Part shown: positions 1-9,674 of the stretch, one piece after another
How positions within the stretch are numbered: the stretch's first letter is position 1
How the letters are laid out: the number at the start of each line of letters is the position of its first letter
DNA from: Candidatus Hadarchaeota archaeon
GTDB taxonomy: Archaea; Hadarchaeota; Hadarchaeia; Hadarchaeales; Hadarchaeaceae
Direction: 5' to 3'
Assembly: GCA_040755315.1 (NCBI GenBank)
Contig: JBFMBF010000009.1
Location: 1 to 42,592 of the forward strand
DNA: 42,592 bases
Position numbers and translations under genes: made by a program
Notes under the pieces: model-generated
The model's input: the letters and a program-made list of their open reading frames with translations, nothing else
Told to the model about the DNA's origin: nothing
The model's database searches: none

Positions 1-3000
1 ACTGCCACCGCAGGGTGGCGATCGGTCGAGACCTGGGGCGGGGCTGTGGGCGGGACAGCGAGCTGGAGGAGCGTGGAGACTTGGGCGGGCGCCGTCAACG
101 GAGCGGCTGCGTGGTACTCGGTCGAGAGCTGGAGCGGTACCGTTGCTACCTCTTCGGGATGGAAGGCGGTGGAGAGCTGGAGTGGTACTGTGAACACGGC
201 CGCGGCTTGGACTGCAGTGGAAAGCTGGGCTGGGAGTGTAACCACGGCTGTCTCATGGAGAAGCGTTGAAACGTGGACTGGAATTGTACTGGCGCCCATG
301 GGAGACTGGATCTTGCTCGAAACCTGGACAGGTGTAATTAGCGCCCCGGCTGTCGGCTGGAGGGCGGTGGAAAGCTGGGCTGGGACGGTTAACACCACAA
401 TTACTGGTTGGAAACAAGTTGACACATGGGCAGGTGCTGTTACAGCTACTGCCCAATGGCGCGTCGTTGAAACGTGGACTGGAAAAATCTTTTCTGGCGG
501 CGTGTGGCTATCTGTAGAAAGTTGGAGCGGAGCTGTAACTACAACTACTCTATGGAAGAGCTTGGAAACTTGGACGGGCACTGTGGCTACGCCGCTATTG
601 GGCTGGCGTGCTGTGGAGAGCTGGACTGGAACAGTGAATGCACCGGGCTTGTGGAAGATTGTAGAAAGTTGGACAGGATCTGTCAACGCCGCTTCCACCT
701 GGCGGCCACTTGAAACTTGGACGGGCACCGTCAGAACACTTGGTGCACCAACGTTGATTTCACCTCCAAACGGCACATTGACAAACGACAACACCCCAAC
801 CTTTGACTGGACAGACATCACCGGAGCATCCGAGTACCAGATATGGGTTTCTAGCGAGAACGACTTCGACCCGCTTGAGGTGAACACTTTCGTGAGCGTG
901 AGTACTTACACCAGCGCGGCACTCCAAGACAATGTACACTACTGGAGAGTCAGGTCAAAGGACGGCCCGCTGTTCTCTCCCTGGTCTGAAGTCTATATGC
1001 TCATTACTGACACGACCCCCGCGCCTGCCCCAACGCTTCTGCTGCCTGAAAACAACACCACGGTGTGGTTGGATCAGCCGCTATTCACCTGGACTGCAGT
1101 AGCGGAGCCCAACGTGACATACTGGATACAGATAGACAATGACAACGACTTCAGCTCTCCGGTTTACAACAGGGACAACATGGTAAACAACTGGCGCACG
1201 ATTGAAAACAAACTCCTCGAGAACTTCTCGCCTTACTACTGGAGAGTGGCCTCTGTAGACAACGCTAGGAACGAGAACTGGTCCGGATGGTTCAGGTTCA
1301 TGCTCAAGGTCCAGCCGGCCTCGAGCGTGACCCCAATCTCGCCGTACTGGGACAATACATCGCCTCGCACAGTAACAGCGACGGCAAGCGACAACGACGG
1401 CGTGGTTGAGAACGTCGAGCTCTGGTACAGGTACTCTGTCGACAACCTCGGCTGGGGCAGTTACTTGCTGTTCGGCGTTGACAATAACGGCTCCAATGGT
1501 TGGTCGTGGACTTTCACGTTCGACAACGGCGAAGGCTTCTACCAGTTCTACTCCAGGGCGTGGGACGACAGGGCCAACTACGAGAACGCCCCCGACAACG
1601 CGGACACGGGGTGCGGGTACGACTTCACGGCTCCGACCAAGCCGACGCTGCTCTCGCCCGAAAACTACTCAACAATCCGAGAGAGCTACGGAAAGCCGAC
1701 GTTCACGTGGGTCTCCTCCACAGACAACAAGGGCGCCTTCCCGGGAAGCGGCATCACCTACAGGCTGGTCGTTGACAACGACAACGACTTCAGCTCTCCG
1801 GTTTACAACAGGGCAGGCATCACCGACAACTGGCACGCGCTTGAGAACAGCCTGCCCGAAAACGTCTACTACTGGAGAGTGACTGCCTACGACGGCTCCT
1901 TCAACGAGAACACCTCGGACTGGTTCAGGTTCATGCTCAAGGTCCCGCCGGTCTCAAGCGTGACCCCAATCTCGCCGTACTGGAAGTCCTCCTCGCCAAT
2001 CACCATGGGCGTTACTGCAAGCGACAACGACGGCGTGGTTGAGAACGTCGAGCTCTGGTACATGTACTCTGTCGACAACCTCGGCTGGGGCTCCTGGACA
2101 CTGTATGATTACGACGCTACATCGCCATACTCCTTCACGTTCCTGCTCGACCAGGAGGGTTTCTACCAGTTCTACTCCAGGGCGTGGGACGACAGGGCCA
2201 ACTACGAGAACGCCCCCGACAACGCGGACACGGGGTGCGGGTACGACTTCACGGCTCCGACCAAGCCGACGCTGCTCTCGCCCGAAAACTACTCAACAAT
2301 CCGAGAGAGCTACGGAAAGCCGACGTTCACGTGGGTCTCCTCCACAGACAACAAGGGCGCCTTCCCGGGAAGCGGCATCACCTACAGGCTGGTCGTTGAC
2401 AACGACAACGACTTCAGCTCTCCGGTTTACAACAGGGCAGGCATCACCGACAACTGGCACGCGCTTGAGAACAGCCTGCCCGAAAACGTCTACTACTGGA
2501 GAGTGACTGCCTACGACGGCTCCTTCAACGAGAACACCTCGGACTGGTTCAGGTTCATGCTCAAGGTCCCGCCGGTCTCAAGCGTGACCCCAATCTCGCC
2601 GTACTGGAAGTCCTCCTCGCCAATCACCATGGGCGTTACTGCAAGCGACAACGACGGCGTGGTTGAGAACGTCGAGCTCTGGTACATGTACTCTGTCGAC
2701 AACCTCGGCTGGGGCTCCTGGACACTGTATGATTACGACGCTACATCGCCATACTCCTTCACGTTCCTGCTCGACCAGGAGGGTTTCTACCAGTTCTACT
2801 CCAGGGCGTGGGACGACAGGGCCAACTACGAGAACGCCCCCGACAACGCGGACACGGGGTGCGGGTACGACTTCACGGCTCCGGGAACGCCCACCCCCAT
2901 ATCCCCAGAGAACGGCTCGGCCGTGACCATTTCCACGCCGATGTTCACCTGGACCAGTGTGAGCGACCTTTCCGTGGTTGTGTATGAACTTGTAATCGAT

Positions 3001-6000
3001 GACGAAAACAGCTTCACAGCCCCACATGTTTACCACAAGACGCAAATTTCAGAGAACTCTCACACAGTTGAAAACTCACTTGGGGCAACAACATTCTACT
3101 GGCGTCTGAGGGCTGTAAACGGCGCTGGCTTGGCCGGAAGCTGGTCAGGTGGTTTCACGTTCACTGTCACAAATGTCTGGCGCGAGGTGGAAACATGGAC
3201 TGGCACGGTAAACGGCACAACTCAGTGGAGGGCTGTCGAGACTTGGAGCGGCACAATAACCACTCAACCCACCACCGGATGGCAAAGTCTAGATAGCTGG
3301 AGTGGAACAGTCATCACGACGGCAACCCTATGGAAAGCTGTAGAAACCTGGACAGGAACAGTCTCTGCAACTGGCGCCTGGAAGGCAGTGGATACCTGGA
3401 CGGGAGTAATAACTACTGCCACGAACTACTGGAGCGCAGCTGAGACTTGGACTGGAACGGTACAGACGACTGCATCTTGGAGAACCGTGGATAGTTGGGC
3501 CGGCACAGTGACCGCAACCACTATCATAGGATGGAGCACGGTCGAAACTTGGGCCGGCAGCGTTGCAACACATGCCTTGGCGTGGGGAGTAATTGAAACC
3601 TGGAGCGGGGTTCTCACAACTGCTGCAGGATGGAAAGCCTCCGAAACTTGGTCTGGAACGGTCCAAGCTGTAACTCCTGGATGGTTGGCTGTCGAGGGCT
3701 GGACAGGGACAGCCAGCACCGCCATACCCGCTCCCGCACTCATCTCGCCCTCAAATGAATCCAGCACAGGAGATAGCACTCCAACATTTGACTGGGACAA
3801 CACCACACCGGTAGACAACTTTGAATTGTGGGTGGACGACGACGTCAACTTCTCGTCCCCTGTCATAACAACCACTGCGACTGCAAGTGAATTCACTCCT
3901 GGAGCTTCCCTATCGGACGGCACATATTACTGGAGGGTGCGCTCTTTCAGGGGCGGAGAGAACTCGGCTTGGTCAAGCGTTTGGTCTCTGACAATAACTA
4001 CTGCCGCACCGCCGCCGCCTCCACCTCCTCCACCGCCGGCCGCAGACTTCAGCATCTCGGCGAGCCCGACGACGAGCGAGGTGTCCCAGGGCGGCTCAAC
4101 GCAGGCGACCATCACAGTGACGCCGAGCGGAGGATACAGCTACACAGTCTCCCTCAGCGCCACTGGCCAGCCCAGCGGGGTCTCCGTCAGCTTCACGCCA
4201 GAAAACGGCACGTCCTTCACCTCGACCATGAGCGTGGTGGTGAGCAGGTACACTCAAGTTGGGAGCCACACAATAACCGTTACAGGAAAAGGCACAGACG
4301 GGAAGACCCACACCTTAACATTCACCCTGAAGGTCACCGAGCTGCCGGTTGGCCTGCCGACCTCGTCTGTGAGCGCCATCGCGCCATTCTGGCAGGTTTC
4401 AATCCCGTTCACGGTAACTGCAGCCGCGAGCGACAACGACGGCTCAGTGGCCAGCGTGACCCTATACTACCGCTACTCCACCGACAACTCAATCTGGGAC
4501 AACTGGGTGGCCTTCGGCACGGACACCGCGGCCCCGTGGTCGTGGAGCTTCACTGCCCCGAGAGGCCAGGGATACTATGAGTTCTACTCTGTGGCCAGGG
4601 ACAACGAAAACAACATTGAACCTACCACTGCGCAGGTGCAGGCAAGGTGCGGCATCGACACCACTCCGCCAGCTGCGCCAAGACTGCTTGCTCCGTTGGA
4701 AATCTCGAACACAGGCGCGCCAAAGTTTGACTGGCCAGACATCTCGGACTTTTCCGGCGTCAGTTACACGCTGGAAATCAGCACTGGCATGAGCATGACC
4801 ACTCTCGCCCTGAGAAAGACCGGAGTCTCGGCTTCCGAATATTCTCTAAGCGCCTTGGATATTTTGGCTGCAGGGATGTACTACTGGCGTGCTCGGGCGC
4901 AGGACGGCGCCGGGAACCTTGGCGCATGGTCTGAAACCCGGGCCCTGTACATAACCTCCGCACCGGTGCCGACAGCAACCATCGAGAGGCTGTCGGCCGG
5001 TGGAATAGGAACACTGGACTTCGGTCGATACAACATCTTCATAACTAAAGTGACGATAACCGCCAGGCTGGAAGTCGCAGGCGGGGAAGCCATGGCGGCG
5101 CAGATTTCTATAGAAGAATTCGTCCAAAAGCCGGAGTGGGCGTCAGCGCTGGAAAACATGCATGTGTACCGTTACTTCGGGATAGTCAGCAGCACCGTCA
5201 CAAACGAGGACATCAGCTCGGCGAGAATTGGATTCAGGGTGACAAGGGAATGGGTCGCACAGAGGGGACTGGACGAGAACACCGTGAGACTTTACAGGTG
5301 GGACGGCTCCTCGTGGGAGAACCTGTCGACGAGGTTCCAGAGGGCCGACTCCGACTTCATGTACTTCGAGGCCGAGTCTGAAGGGCTATCCCTGTTCGCC
5401 GCGGCCGGGGAAAAGGTGGAAACGCTTGTCATAGTGCCGCTCCCGCCCTTCATAATCTACGCCCTGCTCACGATGTTCGGTGTAATAGGGGTCGGGTTCG
5501 GCTACTGGACTTACATGAGCAAGATCCGCCGCATCCCACAGGTGGTCCCGCTCAAGCGCCTTGCTCAGACTTCACGCCCGACCCCGGCCATTCCAAAACC
5601 CATCATCCCGACCATCTCGGTTGAAATGCTGCGGCCGGCGCCCGTGACGGCCACGCCGGGAGTGACAGCAGAGGCGACGCCTATCCCAATCGCCACCCCT
5701 GCGTTCAAGCCAAAGGTAACCCCGCCAGCCGAGACCCTCACGGCGCTGAAGAAAATCGGGGCTCCTGCAAGAGCCCCATCCATCCCGCGGGTTCCAGGCG
5801 CCATCACCGGGCCAGCCCCAATATCGCTGACCGAACTTGCGAAGGTTGTTAGGCCAGTTGCCCCGGCCACGTCACTCGACGAGCTGGCTAGGATTACCAA
5901 GGGCGCCCCAGCCATCCCGGTGAAAAGCCTTCAGGTGACGGTCAAACCTGTTGAGCCAGCTGTAGCGCTTGAGATGTTGAAGAGGAAGATAGAAACAGAA

Positions 6001-6063
6001 CAACGCACGGACGGGGGAACATTCATTCCTAAAGCCAAAAAACGCCGACAAAAAAAACGATGA
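1..6063 (+). CDS. Giant cell-surface protein, 5'-partial: Trp-rich repeats, FnIII/Ig-like modules, PGF-pre-PGF domain, TM anchor, Pro-rich tail
   Basis: Frame is open from base 1 (TATAGWRSVETW...). It has WxxVE[ST]W[ST]G repeats, P-x-L-x-x-P...YYWRV modules, poly-Pro, a PGF-pre-PGF-like segment (IGFRVTREWV...RLYRWDGSSWENL...EAESEGLSLFA) and a hydrophobic helix before a basic C-terminus. Confidence 0.85.
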   Translation, partial: TATAGWRSVETWGGAVGGTASWRSVETWAGAVNGAAAWYSVESWSGTVATSSGWKAVESWSGTVNTAAAWTAVESWAGSVTTAVSWRSVETWTGIVLAPMGDWILLETWTGVISAPAVGWRAVESWAGTVNTTITGWKQVDTWAGAVTATAQWRVVETWTGKIFSGGVWLSVESWSGAVTTTTLWKSLETWTGTVATPLLGWRAVESWTGTVNAPGLWKIVESWTGSVNAASTWRPLETWTGTVRTLGAPTLISPPNGTLTNDNTPTFDWTDITGASEYQIWVSSENDFDPLEVNTFVSVSTYTSAALQDNVHYWRVRSKDGPLFSPWSEVYMLITDTTPAPAPTLLLPENNTTVWLDQPLFTWTAVAEPNVTYWIQIDNDNDFSSPVYNRDNMVNNWRTIENKLLENFSPYYWRVASVDNARNENWSGWFRFMLKVQPASSVTPISPYWDNTSPRTVTATASDNDGVVENVELWYRYSVDNLGWGSYLLFGVDNNGSNGWSWTFTFDNGEGFYQFYSRAWDDRANYENAPDNADTGCGYDFTAPTKPTLLSPENYSTIRESYGKPTFTWVSSTDNKGAFPGSGITYRLVVDNDNDFSSPVYNRAGITDNWHALENSLPENVYYWRVTAYDGSFNENTSDWFRFMLKVPPVSSVTPISPYWKSSSPITMGVTASDNDGVVENVELWYMYSVDNLGWGSWTLYDYDATSPYSFTFLLDQEGFYQFYSRAWDDRANYENAPDNADTGCGYDFTAPTKPTLLSPENYSTIRESYGKPTFTWVSSTDNKGAFPGSGITYRLVVDNDNDFSSPVYNRAGITDNWHALENSLPENVYYWRVTAYDGSFNENTSDWFRFMLKVPPVSSVTPISPYWKSSSPITMGVTASDNDGVVENVELWYMYSVDNLGWGSWTLYDYDATSPYSFTFLLDQEGFYQFYSRAWDDRANYENAPDNADTGCGYDFTAPGTPTPISPENGSAVTISTPMFTWTSVSDLSVVVYELVIDDENSFTAPHVYHKTQISENSHTVENSLGATTFYWRLRAVNGAGLAGSWSGGFTFTVTNVWREVETWTGTVNGTTQWRAVETWSGTITTQPTTGWQSLDSWSGTVITTATLWKAVETWTGTVSATGAWKAVDTWTGVITTATNYWSAAETWTGTVQTTASWRTVDSWAGTVTATTIIGWSTVETWAGSVATHALAWGVIETWSGVLTTAAGWKASETWSGTVQAVTPGWLAVEGWTGTASTAIPAPALISPSNESSTGDSTPTFDWDNTTPVDNFELWVDDDVNFSSPVITTTATASEFTPGASLSDGTYYWRVRSFRGGENSAWSSVWSLTITTAAPPPPPPPPPPAADFSISASPTTSEVSQGGSTQATITVTPSGGYSYTVSLSATGQPSGVSVSFTPENGTSFTSTMSVVVSRYTQVGSHTITVTGKGTDGKTHTLTFTLKVTELPVGLPTSSVSAIAPFWQVSIPFTVTAAASDNDGSVASVTLYYRYSTDNSIWDNWVAFGTDTAAPWSWSFTAPRGQGYYEFYSVARDNENNIEPTTAQVQARCGIDTTPPAAPRLLAPLEISNTGAPKFDWPDISDFSGVSYTLEISTGMSMTTLALRKTGVSASEYSLSALDILAAGMYYWRARAQDGAGNLGAWSETRALYITSAPVPTATIERLSAGGIGTLDFGRYNIFITKVTITARLEVAGGEAMAAQISIEEFVQKPEWASALENMHVYRYFGIVSSTVTNEDISSARIGFRVTREWVAQRGLDENTVRLYRWDGSSWENLSTRFQRADSDFMYFEAESEGLSLFAAAGEKVETLVIVPLPPFIIYALLTMFGVIGVGFGYWTYMSKIRRIPQVVPLKRLAQTSRPTPAIPKPIIPTISVEMLRPAPVTATPGVTAEATPIPIATPAFKPKVTPPAETLTALKKIGAPARAPSIPRVPGAITGPAPISLTELAKVVRPVAPATSLDELARITKGAPAIPVKSLQVTVKPVEPAVALEMLKRKIETEQRTDGGTFIPKAKKRRQKKR
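16..735 (+). repeat. Trp-rich peptide repeat block 1 (15 visible copies, ~16-17 aa period)
   Basis: Consensus W-x-x-[VL]-[ED]-[ST]-W-[STA]-G-x-[VI]; the DNA is diverged between copies. Confidence 0.9.
1537..2883 (+). repeat. Apparently identical 624-bp tandem duplication (~2.2 units) within the surface protein gene
   Basis: ttctaccagttctactccagggcgtgggacgac begins at 1537, 2161 and 2785; 1537-2259 matches 2161-2883 by eye. Confidence 0.92.
3178..3715 (+). repeat. Trp-rich peptide repeat block 2 (11 copies)
   Basis: WREVETWTG through WLAVEGWTG, same consensus as block 1. Confidence 0.9.
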
Positions 6064-6873
6064 TTAACCAGGGCCAGCCATCGCCTCAAACTTAGGGGCC
6101 AGCTTCGTCGGCTTTATGTCTATCTTGAGTATCTCCTGCGCCACCTTTCTCAGGGACAGGCTCGCCTGGGCCTCAGGGTATGCCGCAATCACTGGCAGGT
6201 CACGCCTGAACGCGTCCTCCACCATCTCGTCATCCTCCACCATCCCAATAACAGGAGCTATCTTGCTGGCGTGCTCGACCCAGTCATCCATTATCGCCCC
6301 CCGCGGAACCCTGTTTATTATCACTCCGATGCTCTGAACTCCCATCAGCTGCTTCAAGCCGGCGGCAGTCTGGCTGGCCGAGAAAACCGAGTCGACATCT
6401 GGGTTGACCACAAAGACAAGCCCGTCCGCTATCGCCGTCAAAATCAAATGCTCGAAGCTCACTGAAGCCGGGGTGTCAACTATTATGTACACAAAGTTCT
6501 TCCTGAGCTTCGCAACCATCCTTTCAAACCTGTTGATGGTGTGCTCCACAAACCCAATCATGTCCCTGCTCCCAGGCGGCAGGAACCTCCCGCCCGCGGG
6601 GAGGACTGCCAGCTTGGGGAACATCGGCTTCCCGCTGGCCATCAGCTGGGACAGGTAAATCGCGTCCGAAAGTGCATGCTTACCCTCCAAAACATGCGAG
6701 AGGGTCACGTCGGCGCCTGGACACAGCTTCAGCTCCACGGTCCTGACGTGGGTGTCACCGTCTATCAGCAGTACCATGCCGTTCTGGAGTTTGCTTAACC
6801 AAGCGGACAATCCCATTGAAACAGTTGATTTTCCCACCCCGCCTTTTGTTCCCATGACTGAAATTATCGGCAC
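6064..6873 (-). CDS. MinD/ParA-family ATPase
   Basis: Deviant Walker A KGGVGKST, LLIDGD, IIVDTPA, 269 aa. Confidence 0.88.
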   Translation of the reverse strand: MPIISVMGTKGGVGKSTVSMGLSAWLSKLQNGMVLLIDGDTHVRTVELKLCPGADVTLSHVLEGKHALSDAIYLSQLMASGKPMFPKLAVLPAGGRFLPPGSRDMIGFVEHTINRFERMVAKLRKNFVYIIVDTPASVSFEHLILTAIADGLVFVVNPDVDSVFSASQTAAGLKQLMGVQSIGVIINRVPRGAIMDDWVEHASKIAPVIGMVEDDEMVEDAFRRDLPVIAAYPEAQASLSLRKVAQEILKIDIKPTKLAPKFEAMAGPG

Positions 6874-6877
6874 TTCA

Positions 6878-7294
6878 TCACTCCTGAGGTTTCCTGCCCT
6901 TGAAAATCTTCTCGAGTTCTTTCCGGAGGTCCTGTCCGGACGGGAGGGTTGGACTCCTTACCTGTATTCTCATGTCGGAGGCCCTGTGAACAAGCTTCAG
7001 TCTCTTGGGGTTGACTGGGTCAAACTCAAACCTGAGAAGACCTGCCTTCTCAAGCTGCTGGAGGTGGTACCTGATGAGCACATTCGTGATGTTCCTCTTG
7101 AAGAAACCGCTTGCGCGCTTTGCAAGTTCCGCCTGCCTGAGCGGCCCCTTCCCGATTTCAAGGTATACCCACTGCCTGATGGGGTCGGCCAAGGACTCAG
7201 CCACCTGGAATGCCTTTTCCACATTCAGCGTTTGCCACTCGGCCTCCTCAGCCCCCTCGAAAAGCTTTGTGGGTTTCCCTTTCTCCACTTCCAA
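6878..7294 (-). CDS. Winged helix-turn-helix (ArsR-like) regulator
   Basis: LADPIRQWVY...LRQAELAK...IRYHLQQLEKAGLL. Start probably TTG 7294 after GGTG; the ORF-track upstream extension is AT-rich promoter DNA. Confidence 0.7.
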   Translation of the reverse strand: MEVEKGKPTKLFEGAEEAEWQTLNVEKAFQVAESLADPIRQWVYLEIGKGPLRQAELAKRASGFFKRNITNVLIRYHLQQLEKAGLLRFEFDPVNPKRLKLVHRASDMRIQVRSPTLPSGQDLRKELEKIFKGRKPQE

Positions 7295-7322
7295 GTTTAC
7301 ACCATTATTTTTTCTTTCTATT

Positions 7323-7342
7323 TGTATAAAAAGTATTATACA
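7323..7342. promoter_or_regulatory. Perfect inverted repeat TGTATAA-N6-TTATACA in a divergent promoter region
   Basis: Read directly in the AT-rich spacer between the wHTH and methyltransferase genes. Confidence 0.55.
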
Positions 7343-7418
7343 TGATTTAAATCCAATGAAACTTTGTACAACCAAAGATGCTATTCTAGATTTAAGACGG
7401 GAGGACAACATTTTTTAC

Positions 7419-8258
7419 GTGGCAAAAAACATTCGTGAAGCTCTGGCCGGGCAACTTTCCGAAGATGAACTGAAGCTCCTGCGGGCTTTTGACATCGTGG
7501 GCGACATCGCCGTTGTGAAAATACCGGAGCAACTTCTGCCAAAAAGACATGCTGTCGGGCGGGCGATAATTCAGGTCCATGGGCAAGTGAAAACAGTGCT
7601 TAATCAGACCGGCCCAGTCAAGGGGGAGTTCAGAACCCGGGGGCTGGAGGTGATTGCTGGAGAACCAAAAACAACCACAACTTACCTGGAGAACGGATGC
7701 TGGATCAAGGTTGATTTGGCAAGCGCATATTTTTCTCCTAGGCTGGCTGGCGAGAGACTCAGAATCGCCAAGATGATTTCTCCAGGAGAGGTTGTGCTGA
7801 ACATGTTTGCGGGGGTGGGGAGCTATTCAATTGTCGCTGCAAAAAACGGCGCGGTTGCCAAGATTTATTCCATCGACAAAAATCCAGACGCCTTCAGGTC
7901 CATGGTTGAAAACATCAGGATAAATAGGGTTGGCGACCGGGTGATTCCGATTCTCGGAGACGCAAGAGATATCGTGGAAGAAAGTCTGAAAGGTACTGTG
8001 GACCGGGTGATAATGCCGCTGCCCGAGCTGGGCCGGGAATTCCTTGAAGTCGCGGTAGATGCCCTGAAGCCAAGAGGGGGGACGGTACACTTTTACGACG
8101 TCGGACAGGAGCCAGATGTCTTTGGACCTTCGGCCAACTTCGCGAGGGATATCGCAACCAGGCAAGGGATGAAGACCACCCTGCTGGGCCAGCGAAAAAT
8201 CAGGTCTTACGCCACCCGCTGTTACCACATAGTCTTGGACCTTCTATTTCAAAGGTAA
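7419..8258 (+). CDS. Trm5/Taw2 (Met-10+)-family class I SAM-dependent tRNA-modifying enzyme
   Basis: FDIVGDIAVV, YFSPRLAGER, NMFAGVG, DRVIMPLP; GTG start at 7419. Confidence 0.85.
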   Translation: MAKNIREALAGQLSEDELKLLRAFDIVGDIAVVKIPEQLLPKRHAVGRAIIQVHGQVKTVLNQTGPVKGEFRTRGLEVIAGEPKTTTTYLENGCWIKVDLASAYFSPRLAGERLRIAKMISPGEVVLNMFAGVGSYSIVAAKNGAVAKIYSIDKNPDAFRSMVENIRINRVGDRVIPILGDARDIVEESLKGTVDRVIMPLPELGREFLEVAVDALKPRGGTVHFYDVGQEPDVFGPSANFARDIATRQGMKTTLLGQRKIRSYATRCYHIVLDLLFQR

Positions 8259-8262
8259 TCGG

Positions 8263-8577
8263 ATGGAAAGAAGGGTTTTGAAGTTCTTGAGGGAGTTTTC
8301 TGAAAAGGAGCTTGAAGAGAAAAGGGCCTCCCGGATTCTGGTCCGCCGGGTCAAGATGAAAAACGTTATGAAGCGCGGAAGAGTTCCGGACTTCAGGGTC
8401 AGGGCTGTTGAAGGCGCCCGGTACCTCGTATGCGTCTTTACGAAAGAAGACCTCACGGTCTACTTCTTTGATGGGGCGGGAGCCTCACTCGGGGCGGCTG
8501 AGTTGTCTGGCAAGGGGGCAGTGGAAGAGTGGCGAAGGATTTCAAAATCAACGGGTGCTGTTTTTAACCTGTTTTGA
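8263..8577 (+). CDS. Hypothetical protein
   Basis: 104-aa ORF starting 4 nt after the upstream stop. Confidence 0.55.
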   Translation: MERRVLKFLREFSEKELEEKRASRILVRRVKMKNVMKRGRVPDFRVRAVEGARYLVCVFTKEDLTVYFFDGAGASLGAAELSGKGAVEEWRRISKSTGAVFNLF

Positions 8578-8754
8578 CCTGCCTTCCCACTTTTTTCTTA
8601 TCCTCTGGGAAAGCTTTCCATCCTTAATCACAAGTGGACCCCGGTACCCGCACTCCTTGCAATCATGGACAGACCATAGGTGAGGCAATCCTGAAGCCCA
8701 GACTAGATTGTCTGAGCCGCAGCGCGGGCAGTGGGACCTACCTTTTTTAGCCAC
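8548..8754 (-). CDS. Small Zn-ribbon protein
   Basis: CPRCGS...CKECGY; coupled to the upstream phosphoesterase. Confidence 0.7.
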   Translation of the reverse strand: MAKKGRSHCPRCGSDNLVWASGLPHLWSVHDCKECGYRGPLVIKDGKLSQRIRKKWEGRSKQVKNSTR

Positions 8755-8766
8755 CCTGACCCCCGC

Positions 8767-9426
8767 TCATAGCTCTATGAGCTTTGCCTGAACCTCTCGC
8801 TTGTTGGAAATTGAAACCTCTGCAGCGAAACCCTTCGTTATTTGGCCTGGGTTTACCATGACCGTTTGACCAAGCCTGTCTATTCCCCTGGCTTCATGGA
8901 CATGGCCGCAAACGAGCACGGGGGGTTGCTGGGACTCAACGTAACTCCTTATGCTTTTGCTACCAACATGGACTCCCTCATCGATCTTGTCCAGAGCCGT
9001 GCCGAACGGTGGGGCATGGGTCACGAGCACCCACTTTGGCCCCTTGTTGCAGCCTATTGCCGCGAGTTCCTCCTGGATTTCCGCCTCCGTCAGCTCAAAG
9101 GGGGTGTTGAAGGGAGTGAGATTGGATCCGCCAAGGCCGACGAACGTCACGTCATCCAAGGCCCGGCACTTGCTGTGCAGGTTCATGTCGTATTTGTCGA
9201 GTATCTGCAGTATCTGCTTTGGGTCACAGTTACCCGGAACGGAAAATGCGGCTACCCCCTGCTCTTTGACCCTCTGGAGAAGCCCCTCCGCCACCTCCGG
9301 AGGGCCGAAGTTTGTGAGGTCACCTATCAACAGGGCGCAATCATAGCCTCTCTCTAGGAACTTTAGCAGGTTTAGCTCACCGTTCGACGCGCCGTGAAAG
9401 TCTGCAGTTATAAGTATCTTCAACAC
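8767..9426 (-). CDS. Calcineurin-like metallophosphoesterase
   Basis: ADFHG, GDLT, PGNCD, THAPP, CGHVHE motifs. Confidence 0.9.
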   Translation of the reverse strand: MLKILITADFHGASNGELNLLKFLERGYDCALLIGDLTNFGPPEVAEGLLQRVKEQGVAAFSVPGNCDPKQILQILDKYDMNLHSKCRALDDVTFVGLGGSNLTPFNTPFELTEAEIQEELAAIGCNKGPKWVLVTHAPPFGTALDKIDEGVHVGSKSIRSYVESQQPPVLVCGHVHEARGIDRLGQTVMVNPGQITKGFAAEVSISNKREVQAKLIEL

Positions 9427-9674
9427 AGCACCGATGGTTAAGGAATTTTTCCTGTTAAAAGGCTTTGGGCCGGCCTCAAACGGGCGGCATCTTGAACAAA
9501 AACAGGAGAATATACTCAACTAAAACATACAATTCTTCGTTTTTATCCTTATTTTAAACAATTATTAAATAATAAACCGTTTTGTTCCAATACAATCAAA
9601 ATTTTAGGAAATTAGTCTGAAATAGTAAAATCTATATAACACTTTGATTAAGTTAGGGTGCTTCAGGTGATTTG

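Noticed and set aside
1..3715. Periodic repeats as a CRISPR array
   Set aside because: The repeats are in-frame, conserved at protein level and variable in DNA; no cas genes are present.
7005..7418. ORF-track N-terminal extensions (also 26923, 34887-35240, 20670)
   Set aside because: They overlap opposite-strand genes, promoters or the repeat; family similarity begins at the downstream starts used above.
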